Positions 1 through 10,414 of a DNA stretch of 20,000 bases are shown here, one piece after another (position 1 is the stretch's first letter; the number at the start of each line of letters is the position of its first letter). Under the pieces are notes generated by a model that was not told where the DNA came from, did no database searches, and saw nothing but the letters and a program-made list of their open reading frames with translations. This DNA is from Chiloscyllium plagiosum (taxonomy: Eukaryota), in contig NC_057719.1 in assembly GCF_004010195.1 (NCBI RefSeq), positions 59,811,695 to 59,831,694 of the forward strand, read 5' to 3'. Made by a program: the position numbers and the translations under genes.

Positions 1-609
1 ACAATTCCTACACATTCATTCATGCAGTTTCACGGAAGCACTGTTTTGATAGTAAGTTTCTTAAAGGGAATAGCAGCCCTATTTAATATGTATTTAAAAA
101 CTATAAATCCATATGCTAGTACAATATAGTAATCCTAAATAAAAGTTAAAATAGGTAGTAGTGTTATAGAAATAAGTAGCATATAAGGGAATTTCAGAGA
201 TAAAAAAGCAATAGACTGTAGAGACATGCTGGTGGAGGAAAGTGTCCTGTAGCCCATTCAGGTCCCAAGAGATGGTTACTAAGGGTGAATTAATATTATA
301 ATCTTTCCATAGTTTTGAGTGAGTTACTGAAACAAAATGAAGGGGATGGCATTGCTCTGAGTAGGTTACGGTATTAACACTTATTCAGGGGTAGCCTTGG
401 ATACAGAAACAGCTCTATACACTGTTTGCAGCATGGGGCCTATAAAAATTGAAAGGTGTAAAGAAGCAGTAATGAGTTGGCAGCCTAGGAAGGGATGCTT
501 AATTTAGTTTATCTTGTAAGAGTAAAATGTATGACAAAAACTTGGTTTTATGAATGAATGAATGGAAACATGGTATGCTTATGAGTGAGTTAGTAAAGAG
601 AATCATAAT

Positions 610-760
610 ACAATATATCACTGAGGTATAGGGTTTGAAGGCAAGGAAAGTATGATGAACTTTACAAAACACCCATTGGAATATTGTGTCTAATTATGAG
701 TACCACACTTAAGGAAGGAGGAGTAGAAGCATTGAGTGCAGAGAATAGATCCAGGGATTT
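610..760 (+). mobile_element. Degenerate CR1-clade LINE fragment (RT C-terminal region)
   Basis: Decayed translation resembles the CR1 'KxKEVMxNLYKT..LEYCVxxWxPHxRK' segment (gcaaggaaagtatgatgaactttacaaaac..ttggaatattgtgtc..accacacttaaggaagg). Confidence 0.55.
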
Positions 761-765
761 CCGTT

Positions 766-1180
766 GTGGTGTAACTGGTAGCACACTTGCCTTTGAATCA
801 CAAGCTTCTGGTTAGCAAAGGTTTGTGAACAACAGGTAGACACTCCAGTGTAGAAAGATTGTGACATTGTTGGAGGTTCTGTCTTGGAGATGAGATGTTT
901 CACTAGAGCCACTGCCTGATTGGTGGATGTAAAGATTTCATGGTACCATTTTGAACAAGAGCAATGGATTTATCTCCAATGACCTGGACAATATCTAGCC
1001 CTTAATCAACATCATAAATCAGATCAGATCACAATATGTCTGCTTCAGTATAATTTAGTTATCTCATATCTCATGTTAGAATAGTGACTACATTTCAGTA
1101 AGTACCTTATTGACTATAAAGCATTCTGAGGCGTCTGGTGATTGTGAAGAGCACAATATAAATGCCAGCTTTCTTTCTTC
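766..1180 (+). mobile_element. Deu-domain tRNA-derived SINE (SacSINE1/DeuSINE-like), degenerate
   Basis: tRNA-like head (ggtgtaactggtagcacacttgcctttgaatca), central Deu-like core (gagatgagatgtt..ggtggatgtaaagatttcatggtaccattttgaacaagagca), and an L2-like tail ending tataaatgccagctttctttct. Related to 15174-15453. Confidence 0.7.
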
Positions 1181-2179
1181 CTATGAAGGGTCTTCAGTCA
1201 TGTGAATAGCAATATAATTAAGAGGCTTATATGATGATTACATTTTGATACTAAATTCAGGGCAAATTAAAGGTTCATGTGTCCTGTTCTGCAGTCTGCC
1301 AGATAGTAAACCTGGGTGCTTTTACGTTTATAAATCAAAGAAAGATATGATTTGTTTTACTAAGAAGGAGCAAGCGACTTGTACTTGGAGAACACAGCAA
1401 CTGTCATCGAGTTTACCAAGATCCCAGAAATGTGCAGTAGGTAGACCACATTTACAGCCACCACTATGCATGACATATTTTGATTTGAATAGTGAATTTT
1501 CATTTGTGCTCAGGTGCAGTGTTACAGTCAGCTTTATGTTAGTGCATGATGATGTTATTGTGTTTTACAGTGTGCTGATGTTGGCGATGTCACACATGAA
1601 TGTGCACACAGATACTGGCATTCTAACAATTGCATATGTGCGATTGAGTTATGTAAACTATGCATGCACTATGGCCATTATCGCAATGGCATTTCTGTGG
1701 TGCTGATATGTTATTACAGGTATTTGGTAATAATAAGTTGTATTGAAAATGATCAATTTATTTCTATATCTAAAGGTAGTTGAGGCCAATAATGAGTTAA
1801 ATTAGAATTGCTGCCTAGATACAAGGTTAGTGAGTTTCATTTTGCATTGGACAGAAAGGGTACCGGAAGCCATTTTCAGGGATAAGTGTCAGGATCAGTG
1901 AATATCAGACAGACAGCAGAGGCTTTGAGTGGCCAGCTAAGAGGAAAAAGTTGGCTGGCTTTTGAAATAATCACAACCAAATGCAGGAGGAACACAGTCA
2001 TGAGCTGAAAAGATGTATCCTGCAGTCTCTACAGATCCTGAGAGATTTATCCTGGCATAGCTGGTGGCGGATGTAAGTAACTCTCTGAAAACTGAGGAAT
2101 GTAACTGTTCTTGTCTCAGAACCATCCAGTGATTCCTGCTTCCCTCTCATCCTGCTTCCCCCCAATCCTGCAAGTTATT

Positions 2180-3110
2180 TTCCTTCAAGTTAATTTCCTT
2201 GTAAAAGCATTTGTTGCTTCTCCTTCCACCACCCTTGTGAATAACAAGTTCCAATCATGACCATTATCTGTATAAAAATAAACCATGGTTCCCTCACATT
2301 CCTCCTCATACTCATGCCCAGACTTTGAACCATGACCTGTAGTCCTTGCACAATCAGCCAATTAGAAGAATTTTATCTTGTCTACCTCATCCACACTTAT
2401 TATGGGAGGCAATGGCTTAGTGGTATTATCACTGGACTATTAATCCAGAGACCCAGGTAATGTTCCCGGACACAGGTTTGAATCTTGCTTTAGCAGATGG
2501 TGGAAATTGAATTCAACAAAAATCTGGAATTAAGAATCTGATGATGACCATGAATCAATTGTCAGGAAAAACCCATCTGGTTCACCGATGTCCTTTAGGG
2601 AAGGAATTGCCATCCTTACCTGGTCTGGCCTACATGTGACTCCAGACCCACAGCAATGTGGTTGACTCCTCACTGCCCTCAGGGCAATTAGGCATGGGCA
2701 ATAAATGCTGGCCTAGCCAGCAACACCCTCATCCTGTGAATGAATAATAAATAAAATCATAAGCACGTCTATCAAATCGCTCCTCAATCTATTTTGTTCC
2801 CAGCAAAGTGACCCCAGCCTTTCCATCTCACCTTGTAATTGAAATCCCTCCTCCATCCCTGGACATTCTGATAAATCTCTTCTGCATTCTCTTTCTTAAA
2901 GTCTGGTGACCAGCACTTGGTACAATACTCTAGTAGGGATGTGACTACAACTTTCAAAAGGTTCAGCATAGCTTTGCTGCATTTGTACTTGATGTTACTA
3001 TTTATAAAGCCCAATGCTTCACTAATGACTTTCTCAGTATGTCCTGTTGCCCTGAAGGATTGTTGCCTGTGTACCCCCAGGTCCCTCTGCTCTTGCTCAG
3101 TCTGTAAAAG
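2180..3110 (-). mobile_element. Old CR1-clade LINE 3' fragment, interrupted by the SINE at 2404-2755
   Basis: ORF 2784-3212(-) contains QRDLGVH..LGFINSNIKYKCSKAMLNL..LEYCTKCWSP, a typical CR1 RT C-terminal region. The 3' part continues at 2180-2403. Confidence 0.75.
2404..2755 (+). mobile_element. tRNA-derived SINE with CR1-type 3' tail, near full length
   Basis: A-box-like tggcttagtgg, B-box-like ggtttgaatc, tail gggcaataaatgctggcctagccagc..catcctgtgaatgaataataaataaaa. Homologous copies at 7610-7805(-) and 10415-10970(-). Confidence 0.85.
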
Positions 3111-3939
3111 AGTGACATTGCTCCTCCCTATCCTTCTGTCCTCATGCCTCACCTTACATTTCTTTGTCTGTCCTCTGGTATTTGCAGTTAGAGACATGCA
3201 ACGCAGCCACAAATCAAGTGCATGGTTACAAAGATTGCAAAATCTTTAACATAATTACAATATAGTAACTCCAGCTTTCACAATTTTACAAGTGTGCTTA
3301 CATTTCATACACCATATCATTCATGGCAACATCAATGTCTGCTTATTTATTGTTCTGGGAGCCAAAGATGTTATATAGTCAAATGCACAGAAAAGGGCCT
3401 TTGGCCCACTAGTTCTGTGCTGATCTATCTACATTAATCCTATTTTCCATCGCTTAGCCCATAACCTTGAACGTTATAATATTTCAAGTACTTAACCACA
3501 TACGTTTTTAAAGTCTGCAGGTTTCCCTCCTAGGACATGCATTCCGGATTCCCAGCATTCCCTAGGTGAAATATTTTTTCTTCAAATCCTCTCTAAACCT
3601 TCTGCCCTTCGACTTAAAATGATGCCTCGTCATTGTAAACCCTTCAACTAAGGAGAACAGCTGTTTCTTATCCAAACTGCCCATGTCCCTCAACCACATT
3701 CCCCACAGCCTTCTCTGCTTTAAACAAGCTTCTCTTCACAGCTAAAGTGCTCCATCCTTGAAAAGATCCTGGTGAATCTCTTCAATAGTGTGGCAACCAG
3801 AATTCCTCTTAGTACTGCAGTTATGGACTAACCAAAGTTTTGTATAACTCCACTGTAACTTCTCTGTCCTTACCATCTTTGCCACAACTGATAAAGGCAA
3901 GTGTCCTGTACGTCTTCTTAACTTCCCTATTAACTTGTC

Positions 3940-4089
3940 AAAGAGTCATAGAGTCAGAGAGATGTACAGCATGGAAACAGACCCTTCAGTCCAACCCATC
4001 CATGCCGACCAGATATCCCAACCCAATCTAGTCCCACCTACCAGCACCCGGCCCATATTCCTCCAAACCCTTCCTATTCATATACTCAT
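3940..4089 (-). mobile_element. Younger HER1-like LINE 3' end nested in the older CR1
   Basis: Typical HER1 3' end (gtcatagagtcagagagatgtacagcatggaaacagacccttcagtccaac), flanked by direct repeat cttgtc at 3934-3939 and 4090-4095. Confidence 0.8.
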
Positions 4090-4372
4090 CTTGTCCTGCT
4101 GCCGTCAGGGATCTGTAGACAAGCATCCCAAGCACTCTGTTTCTTTAAGCTTCCTAGTGTCCTGCCATTCATTGAGTATTCTCTTACTTCTTCCAAAGTG
4201 CATCACCGCACACCTTTTAGAGTTAAATTGTACCTGTCACTGATCTACCCATTTGACGAACCCATCTATAACTTTCTTTAACCAAAGACCTTTTTCCTCA
4301 TTAGTAACCACCCAGTCAATCTCCCTGTCATCCACAAGTTTACTTATCATCACCAATGCCTCCTTTTATCAC

Positions 4373-4373
<1 letters not shown>

Positions 4374-4404
<31 letters not shown>
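4374..4404. repeat. (TA)n microsatellite, 31 nt
   Basis: Perfect TA run seen directly. Confidence 0.97.
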
Positions 4405-4407
<3 letters not shown>

Positions 4408-5289
4408 ACAAACAATAAGGGATATAGCACTGATCCCTGTGGCATGCCACTAGACTCGAGCCTCCAGTCACACAACCAGTCTTCTACAACCACACTCTGT
4501 GTCCTACCACTAAGCCAATATTGGATTCACCTAGCCAAATGACCCTGAATCTTGTGTGTTTTTACCTTCTCTCTCAGTCTCCCATGTGGAACCTTGCCAA
4601 AGGCTTTGCTGAGATTCACATAAACTACATCAACTGCACTACCCTCATCGACACATCTGGTCCCCTTCTTGAAAAGTCCAATATGATTTGTCAGGCCTGA
4701 CCTCCCTGCTGACTATCCCTGGTTAAACCTTGTCTCTCCAAGTGGAGATTCATTAACTCCTTCAGAATTTTCTACAATAGTTTCCCTACCACTGATGGGA
4801 GATTTAGGTGATGGAATGTGATGGCAAATTATCCATAACAATAAAACCTCCAACTTGGCATTCCATTCCTAGTTTAAAAACAGCAAGATGTCTCAGATGG
4901 CATGACTAACATAATATCATTACCACTGATAGATATGTGTACAATAGATGTACATACAATAAAGGTATGTGTGAGGGTGTGTTAATTTGAGTAGCACTAC
5001 AGCCATTGTCAGGGCTGTTTACAGTGCTCTAACTCCACAGTTGATGCCTACCATAAAGCAGTATTTGGCTGCTCATACTTTCAAACATTGCTTTTGCAAA
5101 CTTAAGATGGAAGTAGTACGACTATAGATGCACTTCTGGTAGTTAGAAAATAAATTGCCTGTCAAGTTGGATCTTCAATATGCTGCAATGTACTACCCTG
5201 AACTAGTTCATTTACAGATGTACAAATTTAGTGCTATCATAGAGTATGAGCAGCAATAACATTGGGCACCTGATACTATGAAGAGAAGG

Positions 5290-5540
5290 CTGTTTTATTT
5301 AAAGCAGAGAAGGCTGAAAGGGATCTGATCGAGGGACATGGGCAGGATGATAGGAAGCAGCTGTTCTCCTTGGTTGAAGGGTTTATAATGAGAAGGCATC
5401 ATTTTAGGTCGAAGGGCAGAAGGTTAGAGAGGATTTGAAGAAAGAAAACATTTCACCTGGGGAATGCTGGGAATCTGGAATGCATTGCCTGGGAGGGAAA
5501 CTCGCAGACTTTAAAAAGTATGTGGAGAGGTATTTGAAAT
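5290..5540 (+). mobile_element. Degenerate CR1 LINE 3' fragment
   Basis: aagcagagaaggctgaaagggatctgatcgag (RRL.GDLIE-like) ..ggaatctggaatgcattgcctg (WNxLP-like). Confidence 0.65.
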
Positions 5541-5608
5541 TTGTGAGAAGATTTGTAGCTCAGGTGCTCGTTGTTGTGATTCTGTTCGCCGAGCTGGGAA
5601 TTTGTGTT

Positions 5609-5648
5609 GCAGACGTTTCATCCCCTGTCTAGGTGACATCCTCAGTGC
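5609..5648 (-). ncRNA. Minimal type-I hammerhead ribozyme-like motif (family A)
   Basis: Reverse complement: GCA CUGAGGA U GUCACCU-AGAC-AGGGGAU GAAA CGUC UGC; the base of stem II is G-U instead of G-C. Confidence 0.7.
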
Positions 5649-6090
5649 TTGGGAGCCTCCTGTGAACTCATGTTGCTTGTCATCTGTGTGTGTGGCTACT
5701 AAGGATAGCTGGCCGTTTCGTTTCGTGGCTAGTTGGTGTTCATGAAGACAGCTAACAATCCATATCCCTGTTTGTTCTATGTAGTGTTTTGTGCAGTCCT
5801 TGCATGGGATTTTGTACACTACATTGGTTTTGCTCATGCTGGGTATCAGGTCCTTTGTTCTGGTGACTGGGACAACACTACTATTATAGGACAAGCCAAA
5901 CAGAGAACAGCCAGGGAATTCCTAGAGGCATGGCACTCATCCACAGATTCAATCAATAAGCACATCGACCTGGACCCAATATACCGGCCACTGTAATGGA
6001 TAGCTGGAACTGACAACTGGAAGCGGCAGAGACAAACCACTATAAATACCGGAGGAAACATCACAGAAGCGCTTCACAGGAGGCTCCCAA

Positions 6091-6130
6091 GCACTGAGGA
6101 TGTCACCTAGACAGGGGACGAAACGTCTGC
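6091..6130 (+). ncRNA. Minimal type-I hammerhead ribozyme motif (family A), intact core
   Basis: GCA CUGAGGA U [GUCACCU AGAC AGGGGAC] GAAA CGUC^UGC. Stem I GCA/UGC, 6-of-7 bp stem II, palindromic ACGU stem III; predicted cleavage after 6127. Confidence 0.8.
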
Positions 6131-7339
6131 AACATAAATTTCCAGCTCGGCAAACAGAACAACAGATATTTGAAATATTATTTCAAATAGATGGTAAAAT
6201 CTATTCTCTGAATTATTTTGCTTTACTCACTAAATCACAATGGTTGTTACTGCCTTCAGTAATTACAAATTCTACAAACGTGCACCTGCAAAATCCAAGG
6301 GGATAGGTGTTTATGGCTGGAACCTATCCAATTCATTCCAACTAGAAATTGTGTTTGCTGTTCCTGATTTTGCCATTTGCCATGTTTGCTAGGAATGCAT
6401 TGCCTACCATGGTGAAATTTTACTGTACGCACAAATCTCCCTATTTGTTGTGGATTCTGTCAATCTCTCCTCCAGTACACATCTTCACTTATTAAACTGG
6501 TCCTGCCCCCAAGTTGCAAACCTCAAATGCGTGGTTCCTGCTATTGTGTTTGCTCAGAACCTGTCTTCAAATTACAGCCAGATTTTCAGGCTCAGCAGGA
6601 AACAAAATGATTTATCTTCATGTTTTGAGCATTTCAAATAAAAAGCTACCTTACTGAGATCTACGAAGTATTTTCTTTTTTTCCTTAATGCATTTTAATG
6701 GTATAAATATAAAGCTTCCCCAATTGCAGTTTCTTATCTATGTTATGCCTAAAGTGTATGAAAGATGATTGCAATCACATCTGAACTTTATACTAAGAGT
6801 CAAATACTTCCTTAAATCCAGATTATTTACATTGATTAGTGTAAATTTAACATTTCTGCACACTCTAATAAGATTGACAGGAAATGTCAGCATAACCTTA
6901 GCAAATGGGTGCAGCATCTTTGGGTCTAATTTTTGGCTTGTATCCATCTAGTAAATTCCCCATCCCTCCATCTATTTTTTTCCACAATATTATATATTCG
7001 CAGGAGAAAAGGAAATTTAAATAGAATGGGAGAACCTGCTAGCAGACTCCCAACCTAACAGCCAAAGCCTTGACTTTTTCAGTGCACTTAAATGAAAATG
7101 GAGCCAGAAAAACTAGCCAATTTGCCTGTGCTCTGTCTCAAATATCACTGACCCTGGAAATCACCAAGGCAGAGGTGGTGTTAGAATGGGTGCCTGCAAT
7201 AGCGGTGTTGGGGAAACAGCAATGGGGATCAAGTCCTAGCTCCAGATACTTGAACATATAACCTAGGCTGGGAAACCAGTTCTGACGGTGCACTGCACTG
7301 CTGCAAGTAGCATTTTCTAGGTGCAATGTTAGTCTGAGA

Positions 7340-7510
7340 TTCTATCAGCCTTTTCAGGTTGATGCTAAAAGTACCAGTACATTATTTGAAACTGAGCAGC
7401 CAGGGTTCCTGGGTGCACTGGCCAAAATAGTCCTGAACTAATATATAAAACAGATGATAAATTATTGCCATTTGTAGGATTCATGTTGCTACTACAGAAT
7501 AGTAGCTGAC
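7340..7510 (+). mobile_element. Highly degenerate Deu-domain SINE core
   Basis: caggttgatgctaaaagtaccagtacattatttgaaactgagcag..ctggccaaaata resembles the core of 766-1180. Confidence 0.45.
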
Positions 7511-7609
7511 TTGATTAGGTATTTTCTCACTGTATATCATACAAAAGGATAAATGGGCTTAAGGCCAACACCTTTAGTCCTGAAAAGTGCACAGTCAACT
7601 CCAGCTGTC

Positions 7610-7805
7610 TTTTTATTAATTCACAGGATGAGGGTGTTGCTGGCTAGGCCAGCATTTATTGTCTATCCCTAATTGCCCAGAGGGCAGTTAGGAGTCAACC
7701 ACATTGCTGTTGGTCTAGAGTCACATGTAGGCCAGACCAAGTAAGGATGGCAGTTTCCTTCCCTAAAGGACATTAGTGAGCCAGATGGTTTTTCCAACAA
7801 TCAAA
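7610..7805 (-). mobile_element. 3' half of the same tRNA-SINE family as 2404-2755
   Basis: Reverse complement aligns by eye with ~2560-2750. Confidence 0.85.
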
Positions 7806-7889
7806 AACGGATGAAACATGGGATTTTTCATATCATGGAATGAATAATAGCGGTAAATGCAAGTAGATGAATAGAGGTAAACCCTGCTG

Positions 7890-9085
7890 TATTACATAGG
7901 GTAGATGACAGATATAAAGGGTTTTTGTCTAAAGGGAAAGCATTCCCTTTGTCTTCAAATGATGCAGCTAAGCACATAATGAGACTAAGGGATGCAGAGG
8001 TGACTCAAACTCTTTTGTTGCAGAAGGATTTAGTTTCCCCACCAGAGAGTTCAATGAAAGCCAAAGTGTTGGTAAATGGAATAGTAATTCTGGTTTCATT
8101 ATACAAAGCCCACTTGAAGTGTTATTTGGTATCAGCACGAGCAGGAGTCAGGCTAGTTATAAAGTAACGATGGACAGAGTGGATTTAGTCCTGGGGAATA
8201 ATTTGGCAGGATTGAATGTTACAGCTTCACCTATCATCATCATGAAGTGGAGAAGTCAACATTTTGGGTATAACCCTTCTTCAGGACTGGATGTGGGGGT
8301 AGGGGGAGCTACATTGGGTTGGGTGGGGTCAGGAGAATAATAGAAAAGCTTCTCCAACTCCCTTTGCTGCCTGACTTGTTGTGTTCTTCAAGCCTTCTGA
8401 TGTCTACTTTGGATTCCAGTATTTGCAGGTTTTTTGTCCGATCCATAAATATGGCAAGTTCAAGTCCAAGAGATGAAATGGTTGCAAGAGCAGATTCCAG
8501 GTGGTTTTCCATTGTGTATAGTGACTAAAGCAATGCCCAAACAAAATCCATCACCAGAGCTCACAATAATACCACAAGCAGATTTTAGGATAGCTGAAAA
8601 TCCTTTAAAGAATGTGGACTTTTTTCAGAAGAAGTGTTTGGCATGTCTGTACTAATTGGGACTTAGGAAATAGAACCAGAGTTAAATATGTTAGCACAGA
8701 CAGCTCACTGTGAAGCTGAGGCTGAAAGGATTCCAGAGTGCTATTATATTAAAAATGGAATTCTGACAGGGAAGTGGAAACATCCTAATAGACCTACGAT
8801 AGAAGAATGAACAGTTGTTTCTCAAATAGTTGAACTGTCCAGTTGCTGAAAGGAGATACTGTCAGTGGTCAAAGGCAGGACATTTGGAACATGGAAAATG
8901 CAAGCACCAATAAGCAAGTATTTAATATCACTAGGACTTCACGTAGTCACAGCGTAGTACTGTAAAATGTGTTATGTATGATAGGTAGCAGGAAAACCTC
9001 AATATGTAGTTAAACCTGCAACCTTTGATACTCTTACCAGTATTTTGAAGAACCATTCAGTCGAGTATTAGTAGATTGCAATCCC
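7890..9085 (+). mobile_element. Degenerate Ty3/gypsy LTR-retrotransposon pol relic, Gmr1-like (protease followed directly by integrase)
   Basis: Protease-like LRDAEVTQTLLL (~7984-8020) and VDLVLGNNLAG (~8180-8210). Integrase-like CYYIKNGILTGKW, AGHL, CKMCYV*..GKPQ and EEPFSRVLVDC (~8740-9080). Many stops and frameshifts. Confidence 0.75.
8245..8438. mobile_element. HHR-family-B repeat fragment with inversion, inserted in the gypsy relic
   Basis: Minus 8254-8288 reads AGUC CUGAAGA A GGGU-UAU-ACCC AAAA UGUU GACU (degenerate HHR). 8365-8438 is an opposite-orientation piece (gctgcctgacttgttgtgttcttcaagc..gattccagtatttgcag). Confidence 0.65.
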
Positions 9086-9094
9086 ATACAACTG

Positions 9095-9975
9095 ACGAAG
9101 ATAGCTGTTTCATGGTGCTACTGTGCAGTTGCAACATGACTGGAGTTCACATCTTATAGGATGCTGCCATGAAGTCAAAAAGACATTTTTCCTATCACAC
9201 AAATGAGTTATATGGTATGTGAATTTCAGTGCCATTCTGATGTCAGGTCTGGAGGCTGTTCATTCCCAAGATTTATGGACCGTATCAAACAGCATGGCCG
9301 TTCATTTGTTCACAACAAGCAATGTACTCACCAAATCCAGCATATGCTTGTAAAACTTGCAAGAGATTATCTAGCATCAGATGTGGTCCTGTAATTAAAC
9401 AAAATTTGCTGGTAACACTGAGTTTGCAAAGAATTACACAGACAACCAAGTTAGGATTGTTAGTCAGACTCACAATATTGGTATGCTTGCATATACTGGA
9501 ATCTGGAGCTAGAAAAGCACAGCCAGTGAGGCAGCATCTGAGGAGAGGGAGAGTTGATGTTTTGAGCATAAGTCCTTCATCAGGATACCTGATGGAGAGC
9601 TAATGCTCGAAATGTCAACTCTCTGGCTCCTCGGTTGCTGCCTGACCAGTTGTGCATTTCAGCATCACACCTTTTGACACTTATCTCCAGCATCTGCAAT
9701 CTCACTTTCTCCGATATACTGGAAGCTACACAGGTAAATACACAGGGCTCTGTTCTTTGTAGACAGAAAGAACATATACATGAACTATGCCTGTTTCAAT
9801 TAATCAAAGTAGGTGACAGCAATTTTCTAGTTGATTTCTCAGGGCAATATCCTGAGCAAAGTCAATCTACCTGGTTTAAACTTAAACTAGGCGTGGCAGT
9901 TAACTGCCAATCATCATTAATTGGTGCATTTTCCATGGCAACAGAAGCTATCAATCAGAGTCCATGGCAAACCTA
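9095..9975 (+). mobile_element. Old Penelope-like element 3' fragment (different GIY-YIG subfamily), split by the insertion at 9502-9713
   Basis: MSYMVCEFQCHSDVRSGGCSFPRFMDRIKQH resembles a decayed GIY-YIG (VYxFxCxCxxxYxGxT..RIKQH). Removing the insert and one TSD restores LHILEATQVNTQGSVLCRQKE. Confidence 0.65.
9502..9713. mobile_element. Palindromic (fold-back) HHR-family-B insertion with 11-bp TSD
   Basis: TSD atatactggaa at 9491-9501 and 9714-9724. The arms invert around tcagg-ata-cctga (~9580-9592), with two degenerate HHR cores at 9553-9585(-) and 9587-9619(+). Confidence 0.85.
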
Positions 9976-10069
9976 CTGGTATTATTCTGTTATGCATGAG
10001 AAACACCGGCTTTCCCTGAGGGTTAACGTTTCACGTGACTACTCATCATATATTTCCAATTCTACATAG

Positions 10070-10397
10070 TGAGACCCTTGGAAGCAACTTGCAAGTGATG
10101 CTGTTCCTATGTACTTACTGTCCTTGTCCCACTGGATGGTCGTGCATTTAAAAAGTGCTGTCTATGGAGGCTTGGTGAACTTCCACAGTGCATCTTGTAG
10201 AAGGTAAACACTGTTGCCACTGAGCAACTGTAGTAGAGGGAATGGATATTTATCGATGTTGTTCCAATCAGGTTGCTTTGTCCTGGATGGTGTAAAGCAC
10301 CTTGAGTGTTCTTGGAGCCTCACTTATTCTGTTAAGTGAGGTGTATTCCACCATATTCCTGACTTTGCCTTGTACCTTATAGATGATGGACACAGGC
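10070..10397 (-). mobile_element. Degenerate CR1-clade LINE 3' ORF fragment
   Basis: Minus strand reads ..IYK..VRNMVEY..APRTLK..IQDKA..NIHSL..FYKMHC with frameshifts. Confidence 0.65.
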
Positions 10398-10414
10398 TCT
10401 TATAATTTGGGAAT

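Larger units (their letters stand above)
3370..4805 (-). mobile_element. CR1/HER1-type LINE, 5'-truncated (RT domain + 3' end), pseudogenised
   Basis: Minus-strand RT motifs: DEGSAVDVVYVNLSKAFGKVPH (~4583-4650), SGMPQGSVL (~4425-4452) and a degenerate FADD-like motif (~4325-4342). Contains a nested insertion at 3940-4089 and a (TA)n repeat. Confidence 0.85.
5541..6163. mobile_element. Penelope-like element insertion: GIY-YIG fragment with internal inversion, inverted pseudo-LTRs and TSD
   Basis: Minus 5664-5864 reads KTNVVYKIPCKDCTKHYIEQTG..HEHQLA..DDKQHEF. Plus 5865-5996 reads DWDNTTIIGQAKQRTAREFLEAWHSSTDSINKHIDLDPIYRPL*. An ~87-bp inverted repeat pairs 5580-5666 with 6073-6159. TSD ag(g/a)tatttgaaat at 5528-5540 and 6164-6176. 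Confidence 0.92.

Noticed and set aside
1245..1706. 153-aa ORF
   Set aside because: Non-ATG start, no recognisable domain or splice structure; likely a chance ORF in AT-rich, TG-rich DNA.
1850..2130. Possible solo-LTR remnant
   Set aside because: No TG..CA termini, TSD or second copy could be identified.
2404..2490. tRNA gene (also at ~10553, ~15174 and ~16600-16678)
   Set aside because: A/B boxes are present but there is no full cloverleaf; these are SINE heads.
5511..5996. ORFs 5511-5894(-) and 5733-5996(+) as genes
   Set aside because: Chimeric frames across the inversion junction of a truncated Penelope element; not functional CDSs.
6301..6329. 8-bp inverted repeat ggataggt/acctatcc
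   Set aside because: Expected by chance in 20 kb; no supporting context.
9635..10069. 144-aa ORF
   Set aside because: Fusion of non-coding repeat sequence with the decayed Penelope C-terminus.
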